Origin: an uncultured Candidatus Saccharibacteria bacterium | GTDB taxonomy: Bacteria > Patescibacteriota > Saccharimonadia > Saccharimonadales > CAZDQS01 | DNA length: 64,000 bases | Reading direction: 5' to 3' | NCBI GenBank assembly: GCA_964507855.1 | Contig: CAZDQS010000005.1 | Coordinates: forward strand, 6,599-70,598 | Shown: in pieces, positions 1 through 10,191 of the stretch | Numbering within the stretch: position 1 is the first letter of the stretch | Layout: every line of letters begins with the position of its first letter | Notes under the pieces: generated by a model | What the model saw: the letters and a program-made list of their open reading frames with translations, nothing else | Database searches by the model: none | Told to the model about the DNA's origin: nothing | Position numbers and translations under genes: made by a program

Positions 1-767
1 TTTAAGGCATGGTCTTTGCTGATGTCAAGGAATTCTTTGTCGCTGAAGACGACTTGTTTGTTGAGATTCTGCAGCGCAAACAGCTGGTTGCGTAAGCGCG
101 CGGCCATTTCGTAATCCTGCGCTTTGGCCGCACGTTTCATGTCCCGTTCGATTTCTTTAATAATCTTGTCTTTATGGCCCTCTATATACGCAATGAGTTT
201 GCGTAAGTTGGCGCGATAGTCCGCCAGGCTCGTCCTGCCCTCCTCGAGACCCGGATCAAGTCCCAAGTGATAATACAAAGTCGCCCGTTTCTGCCCCGGA
301 CTCCGGCGTGTCGCATATGGAAATACCCGGCGCAACAGCTTGAGCGCCTGGCGAACCGAATAAGCGCTAAGATACGGCCCAAAATAACGAGCGCCGTCAT
401 CAAGTGGCCGACGTGTGGTCGTGACGGTCGGATAGTCGCTATCATAATCAATCCGGATGTACGTCATACTTTTGTCGTCACGGAGCAAGATGTTGTAGCG
501 CGGCATGTAGCGGCGGATCATTTCCGCCTCGAGAAACAATGCTTCTATTTCGCTCTCGACAACCATCCAATCAACGTCAGCAATCTCCGCCACCAGCGCC
601 TCGGTTTTGGCATCGCGCGTGCGGCTTTTTTGGAAATACTGCCGGACACGGTTGCGCAAGCTTGCCGCCTTGCCAACATAAATAATCTCCCCGGCAGTAT
701 TCTTGTGAAAATATACGCCCGGCTCTTTCGGCAGCTCCGCTAACTTTTTAGTCAGTCGCTCGTTCAC
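1..767 (-). CDS. uvrC: Excinuclease ABC subunit C (UvrC), N-terminal part; the gene runs off the window start
   Basis: Absent from the ORF track because it has a GTG start and runs off the edge. Manual minus-strand translation from GTG at 767 gives VNERLTKKLAELPKEPGVYFHKNTAGEIIYVGKAASLRNRVRQYF...EALFLEAEMIRRYMPRYNILLRDDK (GIY-YIG nuclease signature). It continues to DYEMAARLRNQLFALQNL (UVR domain). An in-frame TAG lies at 779-777, just upstream. Confidence 0.9.
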   Translation of the reverse strand, partial: MNERLTKKLAELPKEPGVYFHKNTAGEIIYVGKAASLRNRVRQYFQKSRTRDAKTEALVAEIADVDWMVVESEIEALFLEAEMIRRYMPRYNILLRDDKSMTYIRIDYDSDYPTVTTTRRPLDDGARYFGPYLSAYSVRQALKLLRRVFPYATRRSPGQKRATLYYHLGLDPGLEEGRTSLADYRANLRKLIAYIEGHKDKIIKEIERDMKRAAKAQDYEMAARLRNQLFALQNLNKQVVFSDKEFLDISKDHAL

Positions 768-769
768 AT

Positions 770-1084
770 CTATATTCTAGCGCTTATTTCTCGTAGAGGC
801 TCATAAAGCTCTACGACAGCGCCAGTCGCCTTAACCGCTAGGCCTGCTAAGCCTCCTGCTATCCTTTGGGCGGGCTGGAAGCTTTGTTCAATCACAACGA
901 GATTCGCAAGGAGACCGCCCTTCGCAAGATACTCGGGGCCACGGTTATCGATAAGTCGTACAAAACTTTCCCGCAAGCGGATCATGCGTGGCAAGTCGGG
1001 CTTCCAGGGGGTTATCTCTTCAGGCTCGAGTCTGGGAAATGGTGGCATCTGCGATCTCGCAATCTTTCCGGCAGTAGCGCCCAC
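770..1084 (-). CDS. Hypothetical small protein; the start is uncertain and an internal ATG at 985 would give 72 aa
   Basis: This is the only same-strand ORF filling the 250-nt gap between trhO and uvrC. The longest form overlaps the trhO 3' end by 65 nt. No recognisable motif. Confidence 0.25.
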   Translation of the reverse strand: MGATAGKIARSQMPPFPRLEPEEITPWKPDLPRMIRLRESFVRLIDNRGPEYLAKGGLLANLVVIEQSFQPAQRIAGGLAGLAVKATGAVVELYEPLREISARI

Positions 1085-1928
1085 CCGTCTGCTCTGTGCA
1101 CTTATTACATATGAGAACTAATCGGTTGCAGTTCTTGTTCAGACAATTTTCGTAATTGCTTGTCTTGGCCTGGCAATGGGCACACTCGGCGATGTCTTTG
1201 GACTTGTCAGAAAAGCGCTGGTTCATACGGCCGTCGAAGATATAAAGCGAGCCTTCCCACAGGCCGTCGTCGCCGTACTTTTCGCCGTATTTCACGATGC
1301 CGCCGTCCATTTGGTAAACCTCTTTGAAGCCGCGCTTCTTCATGAGCGCGCTCAGGACCTCGCAGCGCACACCACCGGTACAATATGTCACGACCGGCTT
1401 GTCTTTGATGTCGTTGTACTTGTCGCTCTCGATTTCCTTCACGAAGTCGCGGGTTGTGCGCGTGTCTGGCACAATTGCGTTCTTGAATTTGCCCACAGTA
1501 GCTTCATACGCATTGCGGCCGTCGAAAAACACCACGTCCTCACCACGTTCTTTCACCAATTGGTGTAGTTGCTCTGGCTTGAGGTGCTTGCCGCCGCCCT
1601 TTACGCCATGCTCATCAACTTCAATTTCATCCGCCGCCTTAAACGCCACCAACTCATCCCGTACTTTGACGCTCAACCGCGGGAATTCATTGCCTGTGCC
1701 GTCGCTCCACTTGTACTGGATGCCACGAAAAACACCAGATCGGTTCATCTCTTGCTTGTAAGCCCGGAGATTATCGATATGGCCGCCCAAGGTCCCATTA
1801 ATGCCGTGTTTGCTAACAATAATCCGGCCTTTGAGATTCAGGCGCACACACAGTTCACGCTGCCAGCGCATCGTCATGTCCGGATCCAAAACCGGCACAA
1901 ACTTGTAGTAGAGAATCACCTTTTGCAT
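1020..1928 (-). CDS. trhO: Rhodanese-domain tRNA uridine(34) hydroxylase (TrhO/YceA, UPF0176 family)
   Basis: 302 aa. The N-terminus ILYYKF...L.GRIIVSKHGINGT and the rhodanese active-site loop YCTGGVRCE are followed by a C-terminal Cys-rich tail, as is typical of YceA/TrhO. Confidence 0.85.
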   Translation of the reverse strand: MQKVILYYKFVPVLDPDMTMRWQRELCVRLNLKGRIIVSKHGINGTLGGHIDNLRAYKQEMNRSGVFRGIQYKWSDGTGNEFPRLSVKVRDELVAFKAADEIEVDEHGVKGGGKHLKPEQLHQLVKERGEDVVFFDGRNAYEATVGKFKNAIVPDTRTTRDFVKEIESDKYNDIKDKPVVTYCTGGVRCEVLSALMKKRGFKEVYQMDGGIVKYGEKYGDDGLWEGSLYIFDGRMNQRFSDKSKDIAECAHCQAKTSNYENCLNKNCNRLVLICNKCTEQTGGRYCRKDCEIADATISQTRA

Positions 1929-2049
1929 AATCTGTTATTTTACCACATTACCCCTGTACTATCTACGCCCCTAAAATCGCAGGGAAACTGATGGTGCTAC
2001 AGCCATCAATCCGGTGAATTTATAGCTCAAGAGCAACCTTGCCAGCCGT

Positions 2050-3528
2050 TTAAGACGACCAGTCGCCTCCGCCTCTCTTCTTCACACCCACTACCTCGTG
2101 CCACTCGTCGTTCTGCTTGACTCGTAGCATTTCCGCTTCCTTCCACGAGCCGCCCTGCTTGACTCGGATAGCAGGCACAAGCTTATAGAACTGTAGATAG
2201 AAAACGTCAAAGACGCTTGAGCCTGTCTTTACCGCATTATGCGACAAAGACAGGGTGGGCCCATGGGCCTGATCATTGACCTCATCTTGACCGTCATAGA
2301 GATTCCATTCATCCGGTTCGGCCTCGCCATCCGCCCATTCCTTGACACGGAATCGACGCCCTAATCGCTCCATACGGAACCACCGTGCGTCGCCATCGCG
2401 CATATTGTAGCCAGTTAAGTCCTTGAGCCAACAATATGGCACTTCATTCAAGCCAGTCGAGAACGGCGGGACGGGACTGACAGTAGCATCGGTGTCGTCA
2501 TCGACCCTAATTGGCCGACGAACAGCCCCCGACTGTATCTCCAACGCGTAGCCACCGCCGAATGAATATTGGTCAAGCCCTTGACCGCCCACATATTCAG
2601 CACAGCCCGCTACAAAATATGTCGATGCGTTCCCGACGGGGTTAGAAACCTTGAATACCATGCCCCACTCTTCAAAGTTCGTGCCGGTGTACCGAATGGC
2701 CGCCCGCGGCACCCCGACGCCCTCACTAGCGTCCTGCGAGGCATCGTGAGAAAACCTAAGAGCACCCTCAGTCCACTCAATACTACTCATACCTTCGCTC
2801 GCATCGGTGAACTCTGCTGGTAACTGTCCGTCCGCACCATTTATCGTGACCACTGGTACTGGCGTCCTCAGTGGCACGTGCGCCCGCAAATCTTCAGTTC
2901 CTACGGCAATAACATCCACAACTTGGTTAATGCGGATTGTTCCGCCCGTTGGCGTTGCGGCATTATTGCCGTACCCAACCTTGAACGTCGTTGCCGTAAA
3001 GGCTCGCTCCCCGCTCATAAATGTCAACCACGTAAAACCATCCGATGAATGCATCGCCTCCCAGGTACTGGTTGCGGCCGTATATTTAATACGCAACCAC
3101 GACGGAATACCAGTCATAAAAGTTGAAAGATTACTGTTGCCTATTTGAGCGCCGCTGCCACCCGCTCGTGCATAGCCGTACACCCGCACGCCTTCATTAT
3201 CATTGTCTGCGTGATACCAGGTAAAGCGGCACGCGTCATTGCCGGAACCCTTGCAGAGCAGATTAATACCGTGGCCCTTCTTGTCACCTACGTCAGTATC
3301 ACACTGTATGGCGATATCTATGTCCCCGCCATGGTCGGGAATCTCATGCGTGACGCCGGGTACATTGTCTGCGCTGCCCGTATTGAAGATAGAGTCATAG
3401 GCCGTACCGTCAGGCAGCGTAATATGCACCCTGCCGTCACTGACGCTATAAGAGCCGCCGGCAAGCGGCGACTCAAACGACCATCCGTCGGGTAAGGTGT
3501 TTCCGTTAAATTCTTCGGTTAATGCCAT
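2050..3528 (-). CDS. Phage tail-fibre / receptor-binding-like protein with two jelly-roll (ConA-like) style domains
   Basis: 492 aa with no signal peptide. The sequence is Gly/Thr/Asp-rich and looks like beta-sandwich. The C-terminus has a repeated motif, IRVKQGGSWKEAEMLRVKQNDEWHEV, of the V-K-x-x-G-x-W type common at the ends of phage minor tail/fibre proteins. It is co-directional with, and 27 nt downstream of, the fibre-like ORF at 3556-3942. Confidence 0.55.
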   Translation of the reverse strand: MALTEEFNGNTLPDGWSFESPLAGGSYSVSDGRVHITLPDGTAYDSIFNTGSADNVPGVTHEIPDHGGDIDIAIQCDTDVGDKKGHGINLLCKGSGNDACRFTWYHADNDNEGVRVYGYARAGGSGAQIGNSNLSTFMTGIPSWLRIKYTAATSTWEAMHSSDGFTWLTFMSGERAFTATTFKVGYGNNAATPTGGTIRINQVVDVIAVGTEDLRAHVPLRTPVPVVTINGADGQLPAEFTDASEGMSSIEWTEGALRFSHDASQDASEGVGVPRAAIRYTGTNFEEWGMVFKVSNPVGNASTYFVAGCAEYVGGQGLDQYSFGGGYALEIQSGAVRRPIRVDDDTDATVSPVPPFSTGLNEVPYCWLKDLTGYNMRDGDARWFRMERLGRRFRVKEWADGEAEPDEWNLYDGQDEVNDQAHGPTLSLSHNAVKTGSSVFDVFYLQFYKLVPAIRVKQGGSWKEAEMLRVKQNDEWHEVVGVKKRGGGDWSS

Positions 3529-3555
3529 GTGGCTAACAGTCCTGTCATCACTAAA

Positions 3556-3942
3556 TTATGATGCGGTCACTATCCATATGTCACCGTCTTCAGAAGCCGA
3601 TGTGTCGGTGCCGTCCTCTGTGCCGACAAAAATGCGACGCCCACTATTCATGAAAATTGCGTAACCTGCGTCTGCGTGAGGGTCGCTTGCCGTCTCGTGC
3701 GCAGTAAGCGCGGATATGTCCGCCTTATTAGCAAGCCCAGGGACTGTGGGCGATGAAGCGGTACCGCCAAGGTCACCCGCAAGCCGCACGACACCCTTCT
3801 GCCCGGCACTCGCGTCAGGCAATGCCGAGTGGATAGCCGCCGATTTCAGGGTACCGTCAGCATTATGAGATTGCTGCAGATATTCGTTTAGTATGTCGCC
3901 CCATGTACCGTCATCGCTTCCGGGGACAGGTAGTCGCGCCAT
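3556..3942 (-). CDS. Phage minor-tail/tail-fibre N-terminal-like protein
   Basis: 128 aa. Its motifs LPVPGSDDGTWGDILNEYL...DGTLK and KGVVRLAGDLGGTASSPTV match those I recall from actinobacteriophage minor tail proteins. Confidence 0.55.
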   Translation of the reverse strand: MARLPVPGSDDGTWGDILNEYLQQSHNADGTLKSAAIHSALPDASAGQKGVVRLAGDLGGTASSPTVPGLANKADISALTAHETASDPHADAGYAIFMNSGRRIFVGTEDGTDTSASEDGDIWIVTAS

Positions 3943-4035
3943 ATGTATTCTTTCTGTTTATTTAATGTGTTTGCGTTAGTGCTTATACATAAGTATAAAG
4001 CATTGTGTAAAGCATTTACAAACACGGGCAAGCGT

Positions 4036-4731
4036 CTACGCTTCGGCTTTTTCTTCTGGGGATCCTTCGCTTTCGTCGCCTGCATTTTCTGTAGGCTCAG
4101 CCTCTGCAGGTGCTTCTGCTTCCGCTGCTCCACCAGCTTCTTCATTAGCTGCTTGCAAAGCACTTGGCTCATAAACAGTAGCGAGCACTTGCTCGGGTTC
4201 GGTGACAATCTCCACACCCTCGGGAATCTCAAGCTCCGCAACCGTAACACTATCTCCGGGGTTTTCTAGGCCTTCCCCGCTAAATGTGAGTACTTCAGGA
4301 AGCTTGCTCGGCAACGCTTTCACTTCTACCGTCTCAAGCCCGCGCAAGACAATCAAGCCAGCCTTCTCTGCGGGCGTTGATTCGTTATCACCCTCAAACC
4401 GGATGTGGACTGGCACTTCAGCCTCAACCTTTTCGTTTGCCTTGACCGCGTTGAAGACGACGTGGCGCAGCGTGTGCTTTTTCGGTTCGAAATCGACATC
4501 CTTAATCATTGCCATGTAGTGCTGTTTGCCGACCTGTAACTGCACTGGCTGGTTCTTTCCGGCCTCCCGGTACGCCCGGATCACGTCTTGGTATGGCGCC
4601 ATAACGTGCACCGAATCCTTGCCATGGTCATGAATAACAGCCGGCACAATACCTTGGGTACGCAAGCCGCGGACTTGCTTGCCTAAAACCTCGCGTTTTT
4701 CGAGCATGAGAGTAAGATTACCGTCGCTCAT
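4036..4731 (-). CDS. rplY: 50S ribosomal protein L25 / general stress protein Ctc, with an acidic Ala/Glu-rich tail
   Basis: The true start is the ATG at 4731 (MSDGNLTLMLEKREVLGKQVRGLRTQGIVPAVIHDHGKDSVHV...), with a GGAGGG Shine-Dalgarno just upstream. The 450-aa track ORF is an artefactual N-terminal extension that overlaps dedA on the other strand. Confidence 0.85.
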   Translation of the reverse strand: MSDGNLTLMLEKREVLGKQVRGLRTQGIVPAVIHDHGKDSVHVMAPYQDVIRAYREAGKNQPVQLQVGKQHYMAMIKDVDFEPKKHTLRHVVFNAVKANEKVEAEVPVHIRFEGDNESTPAEKAGLIVLRGLETVEVKALPSKLPEVLTFSGEGLENPGDSVTVAELEIPEGVEIVTEPEQVLATVYEPSALQAANEEAGGAAEAEAPAEAEPTENAGDESEGSPEEKAEA

Positions 4732-4818
4732 CAGAATTCCCTCCTTCAGATTAGTATAACTATTATACCAAATCGACCCATTAGACTGGACGGAACCGCC
4801 GTTACCCATTAATCTAGT

Positions 4819-5478
4819 ATGAGCATGTTTGATATTGAAGCGATTATCCAATGGGGCGGCATATTTATAATCTCCGCGATAGTCTTTGCCGAATCCGGCC
4901 TGCTGGTTGGTTTTTTCCTGCCGGGTGACACGCTGCTCTTCGGTGCTGGCCTGGCTGCATCGCAGGGTGAATTTTCTCTGCCGCTCCTTATTATTGCCGT
5001 CGTCGTCGCGGCCATCATTGGTGACAATGTCGGCTACAGTATCGGGCGCCGCGCCGGCTCCCGGATTTTCAGCAAAAAAGACGGCATATTGTTTCGCGCT
5101 GAATACATGGATAAAGCAGAAGAGTTTTATAAAAAGCACGGCGGCAAGACGATTGTCATTGCCCGGTTTACGCCAATTGTGCGCACCTTTGCGCCTGTCG
5201 TCGCCGGCGCGAGCAAGATGCCGCGCGAACGATTTATGTTCTTCAATATCTTTGGCGGCCTCCTGTGGGGCGCCGGTATGCCGCTGCTTGGCTACTTCAT
5301 CGGCAGTAAGATCCCGCACCTCGATGAATATATCGAGGTCGTTATCCTCGGTGTTGTCGTTGCCAGCATTGGCCTTGCACTTTTGCACCTGCTCAAAGAC
5401 CCCAAAACCCGCGCTATTCTATGGGACCGCTTCAAACTAGGCCTTCGGAACATTGCACTCAACAAGCGCGTAGATTAA
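4819..5478 (+). CDS. dedA: DedA/VTT-family membrane protein
   Basis: 219 aa, multi-pass. Contains the motifs FAESGLLVGFFLPGDTLLF and IARFTPIVRTFAPVVAG, characteristic of DedA (SNARE-associated/VTT domain). Confidence 0.85.
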   Translation: MSMFDIEAIIQWGGIFIISAIVFAESGLLVGFFLPGDTLLFGAGLAASQGEFSLPLLIIAVVVAAIIGDNVGYSIGRRAGSRIFSKKDGILFRAEYMDKAEEFYKKHGGKTIVIARFTPIVRTFAPVVAGASKMPRERFMFFNIFGGLLWGAGMPLLGYFIGSKIPHLDEYIEVVILGVVVASIGLALLHLLKDPKTRAILWDRFKLGLRNIALNKRVD

Positions 5479-5534
5479 CACACCTCTCTAGCAACCATTG
5501 CTTCTCTTGCTGCAATAAGGTTATATAGTTAATC

Positions 5535-6143
5535 ATGAGGTTACATAGAGTACCTGGTGAGTTCCCCACGCGACATGTGGCGCTGCCAGAAATAAGCAGC
5601 GAATCAGTATTGCCAATTGGGACACGCATAACCGATATTGATTCTCCAGAGGCTCTCAACACTCTTTTTATTGCCCAGTCCTTGGCAATGATACGAAAAA
5701 TTCGGCCCGGTAATGACGAGGCCGAAGATGTACGATCCATTGAACTGCTTCACAATAGCTCAGCCTATGAAGATGATCTTTTCGACAATAGCTGGGATCC
5801 TGGAGCTTCGAAAGCAGAGGCACATGTAGTAATCCCCTACACACCGCCATCTATCTTGTGGATTAGAGATATTGAGATCGACGAAGGTGTGGCGACCCGA
5901 CAATCTTATGGGCTCGTGCGGCGTCACGTGCCTACACCAACGGGATCCGCCGCAATATTGTGGACGGTGGCTAATGTGTGGCTGGAGGCACCGGATTCAC
6001 GGGACGCTACATTCTTGCGCGCCAGAAAAGCATTTATAAAGCCTACCATCCTCGAAAGCGAGGAGCATTTACAGGCCAAGATACATTCAAATCGACGAGC
6101 GAGAACTTCGGCCGCACATATTATAGGCAGAATCGCTCTATAG
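5535..6143 (+). CDS. Hypothetical protein
   Basis: 202-aa ORF with no recognisable motif. It is convergent with uvrA, and the two 3' ends overlap by 6 nt. Confidence 0.4.
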   Translation: MRLHRVPGEFPTRHVALPEISSESVLPIGTRITDIDSPEALNTLFIAQSLAMIRKIRPGNDEAEDVRSIELLHNSSAYEDDLFDNSWDPGASKAEAHVVIPYTPPSILWIRDIEIDEGVATRQSYGLVRRHVPTPTGSAAILWTVANVWLEAPDSRDATFLRARKAFIKPTILESEEHLQAKIHSNRRARTSAAHIIGRIAL

Positions 6144-8948
6144 CATTTTGGAGAGGAATTGGCCGGTGTACGACTTGCCGTTCTTGGCAACTTCTTCCGG
6201 TGTGCCGGCAGCAATAACTTGACCGCCTGCGCTGCCACCCTCGGGTCCCATATCAATAATAAAGTCCGCCGCCTTAATGACGTCCAGGTTGTGCTCAATA
6301 ACAACCATGCTGTTGCCGGCATCAACGAGCGCCTGCAGAACATTGAGCAATTTGTCGACATCTGCCATGTGTAAGCCGGTGGTCGGCTCATCAAGAATGT
6401 ATAGCGTTCGTCCTGTCGGTCGCCGCGAAAGCTCGGTTGCCAACTTGATACGCTGCGCTTCACCGCCAGACAACGTGGTGGCTGGCTGACCGAGCCTGAT
6501 GTACCCTAAGCCCACATCAACCAGTGTCTGTAACTTGCGGGCAATGGCCGGAATGTTCTCAAAGAACTCAAGTGCCTGCTCACACGTCATATCGAGCACA
6601 TCGCTAATCGTCTTGCCTTTATAGCTGATCTCTAGCGCCTCGCGGTTGTAGCGCTTGCCTTTACATACTTCACACGGCACATACACATCTGGCAAGAAGT
6701 GCATTTCAATTTTGATAATCCCGTCGCCCGTACAGTTTTCGCAGCGGCCACCCTTGACGTTGAAGCTGAATCGTCCGGGCGAATAACCCCGCAACTTGGC
6801 TTCGGGAACCGTCGCAAACAATTCACGAATGGGCGTAAACAATCCGGTATAGGTAGCTGGATTGGAGCGCGGTGTGCGACCAATAGGTGATTGATCGATA
6901 ACAATTGCTTTGTCGAGATGCTCAATCCCTTCAATGTCATCGTGCTTGCCTGGCACGAGATTGGCCCGATGGAGCCGCGCTTGCAACTCTTTCGCCAAAA
7001 TGTCATTGATGAGGCTGGATTTGCCAGAGCCCGAAACACCACTGACCACGACAAGCTTGCCAAGTGGAATCTCAACATCAACACCGCGGAGGTTGTTTTC
7101 GCGAGCGCCTTTCACCGCAATCACCTTGCCGTTACCGGTGCGACGCTTGCGCGGCACAGTGATTGTTTTTTTACCGCTCAAGTACTGCCCTGTGATACTT
7201 TGCTCATTTCGCGCTACCTCATCAGGCACACCTTGCGCAACTATCTGCCCGCCGTGGACGCCGGCACCCGGGCCAATATCAAGCAAGTAATCAGCCGTCC
7301 GAATAGTGTCCTCGTCATGTTCCACGACAATGACCGTATTGCCAAGGTCACGCAGGTGCTTCAACGTACTAATCAACCGCTCGTTATCGCGCTGGTGCAG
7401 ACCAATAGAAGGCTCGTCCAAGACGTAGAGTACGCCCTGCAAGCCAGAACCAATCTGCGTCGCCAGGCGAATACGCTGCGCCTCACCACCAGAAAGGGTC
7501 GTCGCACTCCGGGCAAGATTAAGATAATTAAGGCCCACGTCTTGCATGAATTTCAGCCTCGCACAAATTTCTTTCAGTATTTGCTGGGCGATATGCTTTT
7601 CCTTTTCGTTCAGCGGCATGTTGGTAAAGAAATCGAGCGCGTCATCAATCGACAGCTCACACAGATCCATGATCGACTGCCCGGCGACTGTAATTGCCAG
7701 GACTTCGGGCTTCAAACGCCGGCCTTTGCAGGCGTGACATGGACGCTCTTGCATGAAGCGCTCAATATCCCGCCGCATAAAATCACTCTCAGTTTCCTTA
7801 TGGCGTCGCTCCAGGTTCGGTATGACACCTTCGTACGTCGTATCAAAGCTACGACCAACACCAAGCGACACTTTGTAGGTTTCGTTGCCGGTACCATAGA
7901 GAATCTTGTCCAGCTGGTCAGTAGTAAGTTCCGAGGTTGGTACATGCAAACTGAAGTTGTGGCGGTCAGCGACAGCTTGCAGCTTCTTCATATACCAGGC
8001 GTCGGTGTTAATACGGTTAAAAGGACGTATCGCCCCTTCGGCAATCGTCAACCGGCCATTGGGGATAACAAGCTCCGGGTCGACCTCAAGCCGCGAGCCA
8101 AGGCCGGTACAAACCGGACATGCGCCATGCGGACTGTTAAAGCTAAAGGTCCGCGGCTCCAGCTCCGGAATCGCCACGTCAGGGTGGTCGATACAAGCGT
8201 ACATCAAGCTATAGTGGAACACCTCATCGGTATCGGCATTGAGCACTGCTACTTTGCCGTCTGCCACGTCCAGCGCCTGTTCAACTGATTGCGCCAGACG
8301 GCCACGGTTCTCTTCATTATTGACTAAGCGATCAGCAACAATTTCAATCGTATGCTTGTAGTTCTTATCAAGTTCCGGAAATTCATCAAGTGCATACACC
8401 ACACCATCCACGCGGGCACGGGCAAAGCCCGCTCTCGTGTATTGCTCCGGGATGTGCTCAAAGGCACCCTTCTTGTCTGTCACGACCGGTGCGAGAACAA
8501 TAAGCCGAGCACCTTCCGAAAGCGAAGCAATCTGGTCAACAATAGCTGTTGACGTCTGCCGTGTGACCGGCTTGCCGCAGACGGGACAATGCGGCACACC
8601 AATCCGTGCAAACAATAATCGAAGATAGTCATAAACTTCCGTAACCGTCGCCACCGTCGAGCGCGGGTTACGGCTGGTAGATTTCTGGTCAATGCTAATC
8701 GCCGGTGACAAACCATCAATTTGATCGACATCCGGCTTTTCCATCATGCCCAAGAATTGCCGGGCGTAGGAACTCAAGGACTCGACGTACCGCCGCTGCC
8801 CTTCGGCGTAAATAGTATCAAAGGCCAAACTAGACTTGCCCGAACCACTCAAGCCCGTAATGACCACTAGCTTTTCGCGGGGAATCTCAACATTAATATT
8901 TTTGAGGTTATGCTCCCGCGCCCCCTGAACCTTTATCGAGTCGCTCAT
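6138..8948 (-). CDS. uvrA: Excinuclease ABC subunit A (UvrA)
   Basis: 936 aa. Two ABC ATPase modules ([14 protein letters not shown] and [13 protein letters not shown]; LSGGEAQR twice) plus the zinc-finger Cys clusters CPVCG and [10 protein letters not shown]. Confidence 0.97.
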   Translation of the reverse strand: MSDSIKVQGAREHNLKNINVEIPREKLVVITGLSGSGKSSLAFDTIYAEGQRRYVESLSSYARQFLGMMEKPDVDQIDGLSPAISIDQKSTSRNPRSTVATVTEVYDYLRLLFARIGVPHCPVCGKPVTRQTSTAIVDQIASLSEGARLIVLAPVVTDKKGAFEHIPEQYTRAGFARARVDGVVYALDEFPELDKNYKHTIEIVADRLVNNEENRGRLAQSVEQALDVADGKVAVLNADTDEVFHYSLMYACIDHPDVAIPELEPRTFSFNSPHGACPVCTGLGSRLEVDPELVIPNGRLTIAEGAIRPFNRINTDAWYMKKLQAVADRHNFSLHVPTSELTTDQLDKILYGTGNETYKVSLGVGRSFDTTYEGVIPNLERRHKETESDFMRRDIERFMQERPCHACKGRRLKPEVLAITVAGQSIMDLCELSIDDALDFFTNMPLNEKEKHIAQQILKEICARLKFMQDVGLNYLNLARSATTLSGGEAQRIRLATQIGSGLQGVLYVLDEPSIGLHQRDNERLISTLKHLRDLGNTVIVVEHDEDTIRTADYLLDIGPGAGVHGGQIVAQGVPDEVARNEQSITGQYLSGKKTITVPRKRRTGNGKVIAVKGARENNLRGVDVEIPLGKLVVVSGVSGSGKSSLINDILAKELQARLHRANLVPGKHDDIEGIEHLDKAIVIDQSPIGRTPRSNPATYTGLFTPIRELFATVPEAKLRGYSPGRFSFNVKGGRCENCTGDGIIKIEMHFLPDVYVPCEVCKGKRYNREALEISYKGKTISDVLDMTCEQALEFFENIPAIARKLQTLVDVGLGYIRLGQPATTLSGGEAQRIKLATELSRRPTGRTLYILDEPTTGLHMADVDKLLNVLQALVDAGNSMVVIEHNLDVIKAADFIIDMGPEGGSAGGQVIAAGTPEEVAKNGKSYTGQFLSKML

Positions 8949-8992
8949 AAACGGACCGATTATACATGAAAATCAGAGAAAAATCTACTGTC

Positions 8993-9607
8993 CTACCGGG
9001 TCACAAACGTTCGCCTGGGTTCCGTCGCCCGACAAGGGGTATTCATGTACGGTTCCCGATACCTAAAACAACTATCTACGGCGCGCCTTCCAACGGTGTA
9101 GCCCCGAACAGAAAATCCCTGTTCTTTCGTGTAATGAATCCTGTGCTCCGGCATTGCACCTCGCTGGCCTATAGGGCGCCGGGCCACGCTCATGTGATAG
9201 CTTCCAATATACTGCGGTATTCTTATTCCTAATTTCTCGTGGATGATATCGCTGCTCAATCGCCGGGCATCCATCATCTGATCATTCGGCTCGATAGCTA
9301 CACCAGCAAACTTCTTATATGGTTGCAGTGTTCGCTCGGCTGGACGGAGAGTACTGCCTATAATACTCAAGCCACCCATTTGGCTGAGTATTTCACTTTC
9401 TGCTTCTCTCAACTTGCCGATTTCGTGCCACGCCAGGCCGGCATTAGCGATTTCTTCAGGATAAACAACCGCGACGTGTGCATCGCGTAAATCTATAGGC
9501 TCACCGATTCCACTCGGGATTCGTTTTGCAAGGTTCCTGAGGCCCTGGGTTACTTGAATATCAAATGCTACATAGATTCCCTGTGGGGGCGTTTCGGGAT
9601 TTGCCAT
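8993..9607 (-). CDS. Hypothetical protein, speculatively 2H-phosphoesterase-like
   Basis: 204 aa. Two His-centred motifs about 95 aa apart (AHVAVVY and YHMSVAR) loosely resemble the paired H-x-T/S-x motifs of LigT-like 2H phosphoesterases. The first motif is degenerate, so this is only a guess. Confidence 0.4.
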   Translation of the reverse strand: MANPETPPQGIYVAFDIQVTQGLRNLAKRIPSGIGEPIDLRDAHVAVVYPEEIANAGLAWHEIGKLREAESEILSQMGGLSIIGSTLRPAERTLQPYKKFAGVAIEPNDQMMDARRLSSDIIHEKLGIRIPQYIGSYHMSVARRPIGQRGAMPEHRIHYTKEQGFSVRGYTVGRRAVDSCFRYREPYMNTPCRATEPRRTFVTR

Positions 9608-9767
9608 GCCTCGCTCCTTCTTGATTGTTTTTATTTGAAGAAGAAGTGCTTCTGTTTTACTGTATCAAACTTTACATTGTATAGCGAATGGCTTTACCTG
9701 TTATATTTACAGCGTTTGCAGCCCTGTTGCTTCAGTATGTTTATTTTTATAAAAAGGCGTATATTGA

Positions 9768-10190
9768 ATGATAAGTATGAAACATCACCTCAAGGTCCTG
9801 CTGACTGACATAGCTGGTGTCTTTTTGATCATCATCTCGCCAATAACAGGTATGATCCCTGGACCCGGCGGCATCCCCATCTTCCTGGCCGGCCTGGGAC
9901 TGCTTGCCATTAACCACGAGTGGGCGCGGAAACTCCTAAAGTTCATCACCACCACAGGTGCCGCAATGATTAAACGGTTCTTCAGTGAGAACCCACTTAT
10001 CAAGTGGCTCTACGACGTCTTAAGTGTCTTGGCGGTTTTTATCGGTGCTTGGATTATCCGCGACGTGACATCAAACATCCTAGAAGCCGTAGCTTTGGTT
10101 CTTATATTTGCTGGTCTAGCACTGTTTCTCGGCAACCGCAAACGTTTGGAGAATCTCATTCGCTGGACGCGCAATAAGCTGAAGCGATAA
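9768..10190 (+). CDS. Small membrane protein, PGPGW-type
   Basis: 140 aa with 3-4 predicted TM helices. Contains the motif MIPGPGGIPIFLAGLGLLA, similar to the PGPGW transmembrane family. An alternative start lies at 9777. Confidence 0.6.
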   Translation: MISMKHHLKVLLTDIAGVFLIIISPITGMIPGPGGIPIFLAGLGLLAINHEWARKLLKFITTTGAAMIKRFFSENPLIKWLYDVLSVLAVFIGAWIIRDVTSNILEAVALVLIFAGLALFLGNRKRLENLIRWTRNKLKR

Positions 10191-10191
10191 C

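Noticed and set aside
267-743. A 158-aa plus-strand ORF and an 89-aa minus-strand ORF at the window start
   Set aside because: Both overlap the partial uvrC reading frame, which carries clear GIY-YIG and UVR motifs. The ORF track could not report uvrC because it runs off the edge and starts with GTG.
3975-3996. A 7-bp inverted repeat (cttatac-ataa-gtataag) downstream of rplY, considered as a terminator or operator
   Set aside because: The stem is short and AT-rich, and no U-tract follows it on the rplY strand. The evidence is too weak to call.
4732-5388. The N-terminal 219 codons of the 450-aa minus-strand ORF 4036-5388
   Set aside because: This part overlaps the well-supported dedA gene on the opposite strand. 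The L25/Ctc homology begins only at the internal ATG at 4731, which has its own GGAGGG Shine-Dalgarno.
6891-8288. A 465-aa plus-strand ORF, plus several smaller ORFs at 6159-8628
   Set aside because: It lies entirely antisense to the unmistakable uvrA gene. The sequence is low-complexity and rich in Arg and Leu with no motifs, which is typical of a shadow ORF in GC-balanced coding DNA.
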